60,467 nucleotides of DNA from Patescibacteria group bacterium (GTDB lineage Bacteria > Patescibacteriota > Minisyncoccia > 2-02-FULL-40-12 > IGHO2-01-FULL-4-A). Positions 9,839-18,903 of this stretch are shown piece by piece; position 1 is the first letter of the stretch, and each line of letters begins with the position of its first letter. Both the position numbers and the translations under genes were made by a program. Below the pieces are notes generated by a model that saw nothing but the letters and a program-made list of their open reading frames with translations, searched no databases and was not told the DNA's origin. Where the stretch lies: assembly GCA_038061865.1 (NCBI GenBank), contig JBBTYI010000009.1, positions 1-60,467 of the forward strand, given 5' to 3'.

Positions 9839-10318
9839 TTAGGAATTAGTAATTTTAATTGTTCTCTCATTTTGCGAAATATGGTCCATATGCACCCAAA
9901 TACATTTTTTCGGCAAAATCGGCTTCACTCTCTCCGCCCATTCAATTAGCACAATATTTCCCGGCTCGGCGATGATTTTCTTAATTCCCAGCGGCAGCAA
10001 ATCTTTGTAATTTTTCAGGCGATAGCAGTCAATGTGGACCAATTGGTTATAGGTTTTAGGTGATAGGTGATAGGCGCGCATCAATACAAATGTGGGGCTG
10101 GTCAATTTTTGCTTTACTCCCAATGCCTTGGCGAAGGCTTTGGCAAAAGTGGTCTTGCCGGCGCCCAACTCACCCTCTAGAGCTACCACCGTAGCCCTAC
10201 CCGGGGCGCTTGCCCACCGCAGTTTTGGCGAAGGCGGGAAGCGGAGGGTGATCAGCTTGCGCGCAAGTTCGGCAGCAATTTTTTGTGTTTGGGTAACGCT
10301 CTCTGACCGGTATTTCAT
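9839..10318 (-). CDS. tsaE: tRNA t6A biosynthesis ATPase TsaE (YjeE)
   Basis: 159 aa; P-loop GELGAGKTTFAKAF; size and layout typical of TsaE. Confidence 0.8.
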   Translation of the reverse strand: MKYRSESVTQTQKIAAELARKLITLRFPPSPKLRWASAPGRATVVALEGELGAGKTTFAKAFAKALGVKQKLTSPTFVLMRAYHLSPKTYNQLVHIDCYRLKNYKDLLPLGIKKIIAEPGNIVLIEWAERVKPILPKKCIWVHMDHISQNERTIKITNS

Positions 10319-10337
10319 ACGAGATTATAGCTTTTCC

Positions 10338-10368
10338 CGGGCAGTTTTTCAACAAAAAAGACCCGCCT
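10338..10368 (-). terminator. Intrinsic terminator (gacccgc...gcgggtc followed by tttttt on the minus strand) after the glycine-zipper gene
   Basis: 7-bp GC stem followed by a T-run on the minus strand. Confidence 0.55.
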
Positions 10369-10869
10369 TCAGAAGTGCGGGTCAAACCGTCTGCCTGCCC
10401 GAGAATAGTAATGATAGCGGCGATAGGACTGGTCGGTCTGGTTAAGGTAAGCGTCGTCATAGCGCCAGCCCCGTACGAAGCGGCGGGGTTGCCGCCGGTC
10501 ATTGCGACTTTGACTAGCTAACCAGCCAATACTACCGCCGACTATTGCTCCGATAGCCGCACCCTTGCCTTTGCCGGCTATTGCTCCAATCACTGTGCCC
10601 AGCGCCGCGCCGCCCAGTACGGCCCGGGCGCGCGGACCAAGATTCAGATCGTAATAGCCGCTGTAGTATTCCGGATAGAAACCGCCAAACTGACCGTAGC
10701 GGCTATTAATTACCCAATAGCCGTCGTAGCCACTGCCATAGTAAACCCACTGCGGACCCCAGACCCTGACCGGGACCGGCACGGGATACCAGTATTGGTA
10801 TTGAGCTTGCAGTTCGCTGGCGGCGGTCAGTCCAAGCAACAATGCTGACATCACAAAGAACTTTTTCAT
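10369..10869 (-). CDS. Secreted Tyr/Gly-rich glycine-zipper (YMGG-like) protein
   Basis: 166 aa; signal peptide MKKFFVMSALLLGLTAA; GxxxG zipper GGAALGTVIGAIAGKGKGAAIGAIVGG; AGGAGG Shine-Dalgarno upstream. Confidence 0.55.
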   Translation of the reverse strand: MKKFFVMSALLLGLTAASELQAQYQYWYPVPVPVRVWGPQWVYYGSGYDGYWVINSRYGQFGGFYPEYYSGYYDLNLGPRARAVLGGAALGTVIGAIAGKGKGAAIGAIVGGSIGWLASQSRNDRRQPRRFVRGWRYDDAYLNQTDQSYRRYHYYSRAGRRFDPHF

Positions 10870-10985
10870 TACCTGCCTCCTGAAAATACCTTAGCGCACA
10901 TCACTGCCTATTTCAACCCAAATCTCTATCTAGTTGTATATGACGTATGGGCGCGGCAAGTAGTGAAATAAGGCAAAATAAAAAG

Positions 10986-11006
10986 ACCACACGGGGAGTG
11001 TGGTCG
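10986..11006 (-). terminator. Intrinsic terminator (gaccacac-gggga-gtgtggtc followed by ttttt on the minus strand)
   Basis: 8-bp stem with a T-run, lying downstream of the 11051 gene on the minus strand. Confidence 0.55.
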
Positions 11007-11050
11007 GGGCCTAAGAGCCAGGCCCGAAAGAACTTATCCCCTGCTTGCCT

Positions 11051-11548
11051 CTATTGAGGGCGGCGGTAGCAGGGATCAACCGGCTCGCAAGGGCGGGCCG
11101 GGGGAGGTGGGGGCGGGATTTGGTGGATGACGATGTCCACCTTTGCCATAGCCGGTTCCGGCTTGGGGACCGGTTTCGGCTTCTCCTTCACCTGTCTGCG
11201 CAGGGCTTTGAGCTCCGCCTCGCGGACGGCCGCTTCCACTCGCGTGGAGCAGTCGTCGCAACCCAATGCCTTGCGATGGGCATCGGCTGCGGCGATGATT
11301 GCGGTGGCTCTTTCAAGCTCTGCGACAGCCGGAGCCAGAGTAGGAGGTGGTCCCTTGGCGGGAACGGCGGGAGTGCCACCGTTACGCCCGGTGGCGAGAA
11401 AAATTAGGGTGGCGAGGAGGAACAAAGCAAAGCCTCCTGCAATCAGCCACCAGACCCAGCTGGTCTGAGTGGTTGTGCGGCCGGCGGGAACCGGTCGGGC
11501 GGGTGTCACCGGCGCAAGGCCGGGCGGTACTACGGGTGGTGCTGCCAT
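11051..11548 (-). CDS. Proline-rich single-pass membrane protein (hypothetical)
   Basis: The start was reassigned to the internal ATG at 11548, which is preceded by AAGGAG at a 5-nt spacing. One TM helix (WVWWLIAGGFALFLLATLIFL), then a PPPPPP stretch and a KPKPVPKPEP tail. High-GC codon usage. Confidence 0.5.
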   Translation of the reverse strand: MAAPPVVPPGLAPVTPARPVPAGRTTTQTSWVWWLIAGGFALFLLATLIFLATGRNGGTPAVPAKGPPPTLAPAVAELERATAIIAAADAHRKALGCDDCSTRVEAAVREAELKALRRQVKEKPKPVPKPEPAMAKVDIVIHQIPPPPPPARPCEPVDPCYRRPQ

Positions 11549-11598
11549 TATTTCTCCTTCAGGTTTAGGCGACGGGCTTAGCCGCCGCCGGAAAAACG

Positions 11599-12282
11599 TT
11601 AATAAATTTGCCAACTGCCGGCAACGGAATGGACGTGGCGCTGTTCAAGTGGACTCCACTCCGTCCCCGTCCAAGCCCAGAACTCTGGTTGGCCGGTTAC
11701 TTCGGCTCGCTGACGCGGGTGGAGAATTTGGTCACCACTGTTCGTGCGAACCAGTACAATGGTTCGCTCAAAGCAGTTTTCAACAGCCATAGCCATTCCA
11801 GTCGGAGTCAGCCTAAGTGGTGGCGGCGGGGCAGTGGGTACCTGCTGGTGGAGCTCCTCTTTCTCGTGGCGTTCAAGCTGCCACTTTTGCTCCTCTTTAA
11901 GTCGCTCTTGCTCCTGTCGGTCGCAGGCAATCTGGGCGGCGAGCATGTCTTCTCGGAGCCCACGCAGATCACGGCGCTGGCGCCAGCCAGTTATCTCTTG
12001 CTTAACCACACTGGCACCCCCGACATAGCTGGCAACTTGCGCAATGGTGCGCCAGTCGCGGGTCGTCCCCCGCGCAATCAGGGCGCCCAACCCAGCGTCA
12101 CGGCCGGTTTCCCAAGCCCTATTCCACCCCGAACGGGTGGACGAGTACTCACCGCGGGCAGCAAAGTACTCTTGCTCCAGCAGCTCCGCCTGCCGGCAGA
12201 TCCCGGATTGGGCGGCGGCCGGGGGGGCCGCAAAAACCACAACCAGTGCGACCAACGCGGTCGCACAAATTATTCTTTTCAT
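11599..12282 (-). CDS. Secreted hypothetical protein (signal peptide plus coiled-coil)
   Basis: The start was reassigned to MKRIICATALVALVVVFAAPPAAAQ (a signal peptide), preceded by an AAGGAGAAGGAG ribosome-binding site. The 259-aa plus-strand ORF on the opposite strand was judged a GC-rich antisense artefact. Confidence 0.5.
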   Translation of the reverse strand: MKRIICATALVALVVVFAAPPAAAQSGICRQAELLEQEYFAARGEYSSTRSGWNRAWETGRDAGLGALIARGTTRDWRTIAQVASYVGGASVVKQEITGWRQRRDLRGLREDMLAAQIACDRQEQERLKEEQKWQLERHEKEELHQQVPTAPPPPLRLTPTGMAMAVENCFERTIVLVRTNSGDQILHPRQRAEVTGQPEFWAWTGTEWSPLEQRHVHSVAGSWQIY

Positions 12283-12346
12283 ACTCCTTCTCCTTTGCGG
12301 CGCGAGGCCGCGTTTTCGGGTTTTTGGTTTAGTATTTATAAAAAAA

Positions 12347-12364
12347 CAGTCCTTTTCTGGACTG
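12347..12364. terminator. Bidirectional intrinsic terminator (cagtcc-ttttct-ggactg flanked by A and T runs)
   Basis: The hairpin lies immediately downstream of the flotillin-like gene stop on the minus strand. Confidence 0.5.
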
Positions 12365-12418
12365 TTTGCAATAATAGCAAAAGCTGAAAACATTGTCAAG
12401 GGCGAGCCGGATGGCCAG

Positions 12419-14146
12419 TTATTGGGGCTTTCCGCCGGGACTAAAGGTCTGCAAAATATTTTTCAGAAAATCCGGGTCGCTGGCCGCCATTTGCACTACC
12501 TTTATCAACCACGATTCCCCGTCCACCCGCTTCAGCGCCGCGGCCAAACCTTCACCTTTGGCGGCAATGGCTTTTTTCAAAAGCTCGGCCGCATCGGTAT
12601 TTAACTCGGCCACCGCTGTAATGGTTTGATTCGCTGCCAGCGCGTTTTGCCGTTGTAATTTGACTCTCTCTCCGGCAACCTTGGTCTGGGCAACAACCAG
12701 TGCCTCTTCTCTCCGGGCATTCACTTCGCCAGTGCGCAATTTCAGATATTCCGCAAGCGCCGTGTGTTCTTCCACATCAATTTTCTTTATGCGGAAGAAA
12801 AGGATTTTCGCGAAAAAGTTTTCTTCGTTGATTACTGCACGGAGCTGTTTCAGCACATCCCCCACGATATCTGCCCGCTTCTCAAAAAACTCATACACTT
12901 CTTTTCGCGAAGCCACTGACAAAATGATGTCATTGAGCTGGGGACTGACAGTGTCGTTGACAAACTCCCCAATCTTCCCCGACACGGCGATAAACCGAGG
13001 TGCGTCGACGACCCTGATTCCAACTTCAACTTGAACGTGAAAATCAAAGCCATCTTTGGTATAAACCAGGATCGGGTCAAATTCCGTTTCTTCTTGGTCG
13101 TCCCAGCAGATTGTCCGCGGAGTCATATCCACGCGAATTAATCTCTGGGCAACAGGGTGAACAAAGTGAAAACCGGGACCGAGCGGCTTGGGCAGAATTC
13201 CCCGGCGGTCGATTACTAGTCTATCGTCCACTTTCTCCCGCAAAACGGTTATCTGTCGGCCGTTTTGGGTTCCCAAAATTTCCAACTCGTCTTCACTTGG
13301 CTCACTGCCGGCGCTGGAGATAACCACCCCCACGAACCCGGCCGAAATAAATTCGGCTTCAATCTGTTTTACGTTGACTGCTTCCGGATTGATGATGTAG
13401 GCGCCGGGTTCTAAAATTTCCTCCTGGACGCCCTTTTGCCCGCCCATGGCAAGAAAAGCTGCCAGGTCCTGAAAATTGTCGTGGGTTGAGAAGTAAGCGT
13501 TCAACCGCGGCCGCTCGGCCAAAATCCGCCCGCCTTTTTCTTCCAGTTCACGGCCGATTTTCACGGTCACCAGGCCAAACCGAGGCACTTCTCTTTTGAG
13601 CATTCGCTTTTCGCCTTTAATCTCTTCTTCAAGCTCCTTCTCCACGGCCGTGATAATCACCGGATCAATCAACCGGATTTCAAACAGCTCGTGGTTAAAA
13701 GTGTAATCCCCCGGCGGGAGCAAATTAAGCTGCGGCCCGCGCTGGCCGCCCGACCGCAAAAAGGCGTCGCCGTCCAAAATGTCCGGAATGACTATCGGCC
13801 GCTCGGTCATGATTTGGCGCGGCCCGAGCGGCTCGCCGTCTCTGGCAATGACCAGCCCGCGTCTGCCCACCGGAACCGTAAACAAATTCCAGCGAGTTAT
13901 TTCCCCAAACATTTTCACGAAGGGGATAAAGTGAACTCCGGGTCCGTACACCCGGGCCCAAATTCCCTGCTCGCCCACCAAGGCGATAAAATTACCCGCT
14001 GGCGGCCGAGGGGACAGGAAAAAACGCCAGTTAATCAGCGCGTATTCTTTTTCCCCGACACGGAAAAGACTGGTGCCGAGAAAGATAAAGATAGCGATGA
14101 AAACCAACAACATAAACCCTAAAATCAGAAATTCCGTTGAGAACAT
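12419..14146 (-). CDS. SPFH/band-7 flotillin-like membrane protein
   Basis: 575 aa; N-terminal TM; SPFH-like core (GPGVHFIPFV...); C-terminal Ala/Glu-rich coiled region typical of flotillins; AAGGAGGT Shine-Dalgarno. Confidence 0.55.
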   Translation of the reverse strand: MFSTEFLILGFMLLVFIAIFIFLGTSLFRVGEKEYALINWRFFLSPRPPAGNFIALVGEQGIWARVYGPGVHFIPFVKMFGEITRWNLFTVPVGRRGLVIARDGEPLGPRQIMTERPIVIPDILDGDAFLRSGGQRGPQLNLLPPGDYTFNHELFEIRLIDPVIITAVEKELEEEIKGEKRMLKREVPRFGLVTVKIGRELEEKGGRILAERPRLNAYFSTHDNFQDLAAFLAMGGQKGVQEEILEPGAYIINPEAVNVKQIEAEFISAGFVGVVISSAGSEPSEDELEILGTQNGRQITVLREKVDDRLVIDRRGILPKPLGPGFHFVHPVAQRLIRVDMTPRTICWDDQEETEFDPILVYTKDGFDFHVQVEVGIRVVDAPRFIAVSGKIGEFVNDTVSPQLNDIILSVASRKEVYEFFEKRADIVGDVLKQLRAVINEENFFAKILFFRIKKIDVEEHTALAEYLKLRTGEVNARREEALVVAQTKVAGERVKLQRQNALAANQTITAVAELNTDAAELLKKAIAAKGEGLAAALKRVDGESWLIKVVQMAASDPDFLKNILQTFSPGGKPQ

Positions 14147-14184
14147 GGTACCTCCTTAGGTTTTTAACGGACTGTGTCTTTCGG

Positions 14185-14216
14185 AGAATAAAATAAAAAC
14201 TTGACTTAGTCAAGGT
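14185..14216 (-). terminator. Intrinsic terminator after nfo (cttgac-tta-gtcaag followed by tttttatttt on the minus strand)
   Basis: Hairpin with a T-run on the minus strand, directly after the nfo stop. Confidence 0.55.
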
Positions 14217-14240
14217 TAACGGCATTTAAAAACACATTTT

Positions 14241-15077
14241 CTATCCCCTGATTTTTTTGAGCACTTCTATATCCTCCCCGCGCCCTTCCGTTTCCGTTTC
14301 CAGAATCCAATCAATTTTGGAGAACTCGGGAGTTTGTAAAATTACCCGCAAACCTTCACACCCTATATACCCTTCCCCCAAATGTTCGTGGCGGTCTTTT
14401 TTGGCGCCGAGATCAAATTTGGAATCGTTGACGTGAACGAGCTTGAGCCATTTCAGGCCAATTTCTTTATCAAATTCTTCGAGGATTCTCCTCAACCCGG
14501 CCAGCGTGCGGAAATCATAACCGGAAGCGAAAGCATGACAGGTGTCGAAACACACCCCGCCGAAACCGGAAAAGTTTTTTATTTGCGAAACTATCACGCC
14601 GATTTCTTCAAACTTGTCGCCGATAATATTACCGGAGCCGGCGGAAATTTCCAAAAGTAATTCGGTGGTACCCTGATAATCCTCCGAAATTTTCTGGACG
14701 GCGGCAATTACTTTCTCAATCCCCTGTTCAATGGTCTGCCCGCTGTACGAGCCCAGATGGGTCATTACATATTTTGCGCCTAGCAGAGTACCCCGCTCCA
14801 GCTCCTCGCGGCAAACTCGGATGGACGCTTCACGAATCGCCGGTTTGAGGGAAGCGAAATTCAGATAGTAAGGCGTGTGAATATAAAAATTCTCCATCCC
14901 AAATTTCTTCATTGCTGATTTGAAGTTGGTGATTAGTGATGGCGTAAGCATTGGTGCCGGCCCGCCTTGGGGCGGCCGGGTGAAACACTGGAACACTTCG
15001 CAACCCTCCGCTTGCGCCCGCGCCGGCGCTTTATCTATCCCACCCGCCACCGACACGTGAGCTCCAATTTTATTCAT
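14241..15077 (-). CDS. nfo: Endonuclease IV (AP endonuclease, TIM barrel)
   Basis: 278 aa; MNKIGAHVSVAGG N-terminus; metal-binding His/Glu/Asp pattern of the Nfo family. Confidence 0.85.
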   Translation of the reverse strand: MNKIGAHVSVAGGIDKAPARAQAEGCEVFQCFTRPPQGGPAPMLTPSLITNFKSAMKKFGMENFYIHTPYYLNFASLKPAIREASIRVCREELERGTLLGAKYVMTHLGSYSGQTIEQGIEKVIAAVQKISEDYQGTTELLLEISAGSGNIIGDKFEEIGVIVSQIKNFSGFGGVCFDTCHAFASGYDFRTLAGLRRILEEFDKEIGLKWLKLVHVNDSKFDLGAKKDRHEHLGEGYIGCEGLRVILQTPEFSKIDWILETETEGRGEDIEVLKKIRG

Positions 15078-15095
15078 AACTAAGCAGCTAGTAAG

Positions 15096-15473
15096 CTAAC
15101 TATAATCCTCGGCGACATTTTTGAAATGCTTAATTTTTGCCTTCTTGGTCGATTGATTAAAAGTAACAGAAATAATGTCTACCTGCCACTCGGCTTTCGG
15201 AGCGGATGTTTCTTGGGTCATATAGAGGGCGGCGGTCTTGATAATCTTGCTTAATTTTTCCGGATTGACTCGGACCTCTGGATTAAAATCGCCGATAAAT
15301 TCCTGACGGTTAGCTTTGACTTCAACAAAATAAAGCGCGCCGTCTTTGGCGGCGATAACATCAATTTCACCCCACGGTTTGCGGAAATTACGTTCGATCA
15401 CCCGATAGCCCTTGCTCTCAAGGTGCCGCGCCGCAATATTTTCCGCCAAAAAACCCAGTTCTTTAGTATCCAC
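15096..15473 (-). CDS. YraN-family (UPF0102) endonuclease
   Basis: 125 aa; LGFLAENIAARHLESKGYRVIERNFR...GEIDVIA matches the YraN signature. Confidence 0.8.
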   Translation of the reverse strand: MDTKELGFLAENIAARHLESKGYRVIERNFRKPWGEIDVIAAKDGALYFVEVKANRQEFIGDFNPEVRVNPEKLSKIIKTAALYMTQETSAPKAEWQVDIISVTFNQSTKKAKIKHFKNVAEDYS

Positions 15474-15485
15474 AGCTGGTATTGA

Positions 15486-15519
15486 CTTTCAATAAAAAAG
15501 ATATAAAATCAAAGTAATC
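15486..15519 (+). promoter_or_regulatory. Sigma-70-like promoter (TTGACT, 16-nt spacer, TAAAAT) for the LysM/M23 gene
   Basis: Spacing of the -35 and -10 hexamers as seen in the sequence. Confidence 0.45.
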
Positions 15520-15535
15520 TTCGTACAGAGGATTT

Positions 15536-16654
15536 TTGTTTTATACCGCCGTTTTAAGTTTAATACTTATTAAGACCTGGCTCAAAAACTTCACTTCCAA
15601 GCTAGACCATATTTTCCGAAACGACAAGGTCGCTTTTTTCGGTTTTATGTGCCTGGCAATACTTCTAATAATCTTCAAAGGCGCTTCCACTTCCGAAGGC
15701 CAGGCCAGTGTTTTCAGCAAATTCTTAACCGGTTATATTGAAGAGACTGCTGCTTCGGTCACAACCAATATTCCTCAACATCAACTCGCTGATATCAACA
15801 GCGTTTTTGCTTTTTCTAACGGCTCCAGCCGAGCGCCCCAGCCATCGGTTTTAAGCATCATCCAGGACAACTCTCTTGTTTCCCGGGCCACCATCCTGAC
15901 GAATATTTTAGATGAGTTTTCCGACCGGGGCAGCGAGATTCAGGAGTATGAAGTTCAGGAAGGCGATACTTTATCGTTTATCGCTTCTGATTACGGGGTC
16001 AGTGTTACTACCATTGTCAATGCCAATAATTTAAGAAGTCCTGATGATATTAAACCCGGCATTAAGCTGAAAATTCCGCCGGTTGACGGGGTAATTCACA
16101 GAGTGAAGAAAGGCGATACGGTTGAATCCATCGCTAAAAAATACGGGGCGGAAGCGGGCAAAATTATCAGCTTCAACAGTCTGCCCAAAGCCGGCGAGCT
16201 TCAGATTGATGATGAGCTGATTGTGCCCGGCGGCAAGTTGCAAGGTTCCTCGGCCATCGCCGGCGCGAGTATCGCCAAGCGATTTGCCTATCTGCCAAAC
16301 TTGGGTGACTTTTTCTCCATGCCAACTGTTGGCTTCAACTGGGGCCGGCTGCACGGCAGAAATGGGGTGGATATAGCTAATTCTTGCGGCACCGGCATAT
16401 TTGCTTCAGCTGAAGGCACGATCACTCTAGCCAAAAATTCCGGCTGGAACGGGGGATTTGGGAAATATATAAAGATTATTCACCCGAACGGAACCGAAAC
16501 GCTTTACAGCCATTTAAGCAAAATCCTGATCTCGGCAGGCGAGTATGTCGGCAGGGGTCAGCAAATTGGTTTAATGGGCTCAACTGGTCGTTCCACCGGA
16601 TGCCATTTGCATTTTGAAGTTCACGGGGCTAAGAATCCATTAGCTAAATATTAG
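15536..16654 (+). CDS. LysM-domain M23-family peptidoglycan endopeptidase
   Basis: 372 aa; N-terminal TM; two LysM repeats (EGDTLSFIASDYG, KGDTVESIAKKYG); C-terminal M23 motif HLHFEVH. Confidence 0.85.
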   Translation: MFYTAVLSLILIKTWLKNFTSKLDHIFRNDKVAFFGFMCLAILLIIFKGASTSEGQASVFSKFLTGYIEETAASVTTNIPQHQLADINSVFAFSNGSSRAPQPSVLSIIQDNSLVSRATILTNILDEFSDRGSEIQEYEVQEGDTLSFIASDYGVSVTTIVNANNLRSPDDIKPGIKLKIPPVDGVIHRVKKGDTVESIAKKYGAEAGKIISFNSLPKAGELQIDDELIVPGGKLQGSSAIAGASIAKRFAYLPNLGDFFSMPTVGFNWGRLHGRNGVDIANSCGTGIFASAEGTITLAKNSGWNGGFGKYIKIIHPNGTETLYSHLSKILISAGEYVGRGQQIGLMGSTGRSTGCHLHFEVHGAKNPLAKY

Positions 16655-16693
16655 TTTTCCGAATAAATATCAGACCACACTTTCTCTTTTTAC

Positions 16694-16772
16694 GTAAGTA
16701 TGACACTATGTCATACTTACGCTGATGGTAAATATGTGTTGTAATAGGGTAGGTATGACACGTGTCATACCT
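16694..16772. repeat. Two related perfect palindromes sharing a TATGACA...TGTCATA core (P1 16694-16720, P2 16751-16772) between convergent genes
   Basis: P1 has a 12-bp stem with loop cta; P2 is a 22-nt perfect palindrome centred on acgt; neither is followed by a U-tract. Confidence 0.6.
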
Positions 16773-16842
16773 CCATCGGCAGATGAACAAAATTCTTCGG
16801 CAGCTAAAATAATTTTTTTTTATTTCCATTTCCTCACGAAAC

Positions 16843-18408
16843 TCAAACTAAGCCGAAAAATGATTCACTTTCGGTTTTAATTTTGTAACCCTTGGCTTCA
16901 AAAATATTATTCTCACTGATGATTTTTTTACCGTCAATGTCCGCCAAAGTGCGGGCGATTTTTAAAATCTTGTGATAGCCGCGGCCGGAAATCGCGTTCT
17001 CAACTACAAATTTTTTTAAAACTTTTTCCGCTTCATCAGTCAACTGGCAGAACTTTTTAATTTCCTTCGGCCCCATTTCACTGTTGGTTTGGATTTTTGT
17101 GCCCCTAAATCTTTCCTGCTGCACTTGTCTGATGTTCTGAACCGTCAATCGTATTTCGTTACTGGTTTGCCCTTCTATTTTCTGACTGCTGATTTTTTCA
17201 TAGGTCTCGCGCGGGACGGAAATTTGAATGTCAATGCGGTCCAGCAATGGACCGGAAATTTTTCTCTGATATTTAAAAACTGATTGGGGGGTGCAAGTGC
17301 AGGCCTTAATTTCATCTCCGTAATTTCCGCAAGGACAAGGATTCATTGCCGCTACCAGCATAAAGCGGGAGGGGAATTTTACCGTGCTGGCGGCGCGAGC
17401 AACAGTGACTTCGCCGCTTTCCATCGGCTGGCGCAGGGCCTCAATCACATTTCTGGCAAATTCCGGGAATTCATCCAGAAACAAAACGCCTCGGTGAGCC
17501 AGTGAAATTTCGCCGGGTTTCGGCCAGGTACCGCCGCCAATCACCGCCACCGCCGAAGTAGTATGATGCGGACTGCGAAAAGGCCGGCCGGAAATTATTG
17601 ACCGGCCATTCACTAATCCGGAAATGCTGTAAATCTTGGTCACTTCCAGCGCTTCTTCGTAGGACATCTTGGGCAAAATGCCGGCCATCGCTTGGGCCAG
17701 CAGTGTTTTACCCGAACCGGGCGGGCCGTACATCAGCAGGTTATGGCCGCCGCAAGCGGCGATCAGTAAGGCCCTCTTGGCCACATTTTGACCTTTAATA
17801 TCGGTCATATCCAGCATTTCACGGGTCCCATAATCCTCGGCTTGTCCAATTATCTCATAGTCAATCGGCTCAACTGGGATAATATCCGTTTTGCCTTTTA
17901 AGTATTCGCAAAGCTCCTTTAGGTTTTTAACCCCGATGACCTTCAGACCTCTGACCACAGCCGCTTCATTGGCATTGTCTTTGGGAACGATGATCTCTTT
18001 TAAGCCCCGGTTTTTAGCCATGAAAGCCGCCGGCAAAACGCCATTTACCCGCCGCAACGAGCCGTCTAAAGAAAGTTCGCCCAGAAAAAGCTTATCATCA
18101 GTTAGAAACTGAATTTGTTTAGTTGTCAAGAGATAGCCCAGAGCAATCGGCAAATCATAAGCCGGCCCTTCTTTTTTGACATCGGCTGGGGCCAGGTTAA
18201 CAATGACTCTGCGGTTTTTTTGTTTGGGCGCGATAAAACCGCTGTTTTTAATCGCGGCGGCGATGCGATCCTTGGACTCTTGAACGGCCTTATCGGCCAA
18301 GCCAACAATGTTGAAGAAATGCAAACCCGGCGTGGAGTCAACTTCCACTTCTACGGCAAAGGCGTCAAGACCAATAACCGCTCCGGAGAAAACTCGGACC
18401 GATGGCAT
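16843..18408 (-). CDS. comM: ComM / YifB-family Mg-chelatase-like AAA+ ATPase
   Basis: 521 aa; Lon-like N-domain, AAA+ core (GPPGSGKT), C-terminal ChlI region. Confidence 0.85.
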   Translation of the reverse strand: MPSVRVFSGAVIGLDAFAVEVEVDSTPGLHFFNIVGLADKAVQESKDRIAAAIKNSGFIAPKQKNRRVIVNLAPADVKKEGPAYDLPIALGYLLTTKQIQFLTDDKLFLGELSLDGSLRRVNGVLPAAFMAKNRGLKEIIVPKDNANEAAVVRGLKVIGVKNLKELCEYLKGKTDIIPVEPIDYEIIGQAEDYGTREMLDMTDIKGQNVAKRALLIAACGGHNLLMYGPPGSGKTLLAQAMAGILPKMSYEEALEVTKIYSISGLVNGRSIISGRPFRSPHHTTSAVAVIGGGTWPKPGEISLAHRGVLFLDEFPEFARNVIEALRQPMESGEVTVARAASTVKFPSRFMLVAAMNPCPCGNYGDEIKACTCTPQSVFKYQRKISGPLLDRIDIQISVPRETYEKISSQKIEGQTSNEIRLTVQNIRQVQQERFRGTKIQTNSEMGPKEIKKFCQLTDEAEKVLKKFVVENAISGRGYHKILKIARTLADIDGKKIISENNIFEAKGYKIKTESESFFGLV

Positions 18409-18439
18409 TAAAAATTACTAGTAATCAGTTACTAATTAT

Positions 18440-18515
18440 TATTCGCATGCGCTATGAATTATTCGCGCACACTATTCGTCAAGTGTATGCAACTACTATT
18501 CGTAAGCGTAGTAAC
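18440..18515. repeat. Copy of the ATTCGCATGCGCTATTCGTAAGCGTATGTAAC-family repeat, downstream of the DksA-like gene
   Basis: Sequence identity with the elements at 18904-19060 and, in reverse orientation, at 56399-56550. Confidence 0.6.
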
Positions 18516-18522
18516 TATTATA

Positions 18523-18897
18523 TCAGAGTGGGCGGGCGGTTTTGGCGCAGTCAAAACATAAGCGGACCGCCGACATCGCCTGGAGCCGTTTTCCATCAAT
18601 GTTAGAACGGCATTTTTCACAAACGCCGTAACTGCCGCTCTCCAGTTTGGCTAAGGTATCTTTTATTTCTTTCAGGCGCATTTCCAGACTTTGTTCGACC
18701 GCCCGTTCATTTTCATAGTCGGTAACACTGCGGGCTTTTTCGTCCAGCGTATCGGAGTTTTCCGTTTTGGGGAAAACTGATTGATAATCATCCCTGACGA
18801 CCGGATTTTTCACGGCAAAACGGCCGAGTTCGGCTTCAATTATCTGTATCTCTTGGAGTAAATCTTCTCTTAATTTTTGCAACTCTTGGGGCGTCAT
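18523..18897 (-). CDS. DksA/TraR-family C4 zinc-finger protein
   Basis: 124 aa; coiled-coil N-terminus; C-terminal CEKC...CFDC (CxxC-17-CxxC). Confidence 0.7.
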   Translation of the reverse strand: MTPQELQKLREDLLQEIQIIEAELGRFAVKNPVVRDDYQSVFPKTENSDTLDEKARSVTDYENERAVEQSLEMRLKEIKDTLAKLESGSYGVCEKCRSNIDGKRLQAMSAVRLCFDCAKTARPL

Positions 18898-18903
18898 CAG
18901 TGG

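Noticed and set aside
11608-12387. 259-aa plus-strand ORF spanning the GC-rich islet
   Set aside because: It lies antisense to a minus-strand gene that has a signal peptide and a strong AAGGAG ribosome-binding site. High GC inflates ORF length on both strands. It has no RBS and its amino-acid composition is biased towards Gly, Arg and Pro, which is typical of antisense frames.
16644-16829. 61-aa minus-strand ORF covering the twin palindromes
   Set aside because: It is entirely made of the palindromic spacer and has low-complexity Arg/Tyr/Ile content. The palindromes are more plausibly cis elements.
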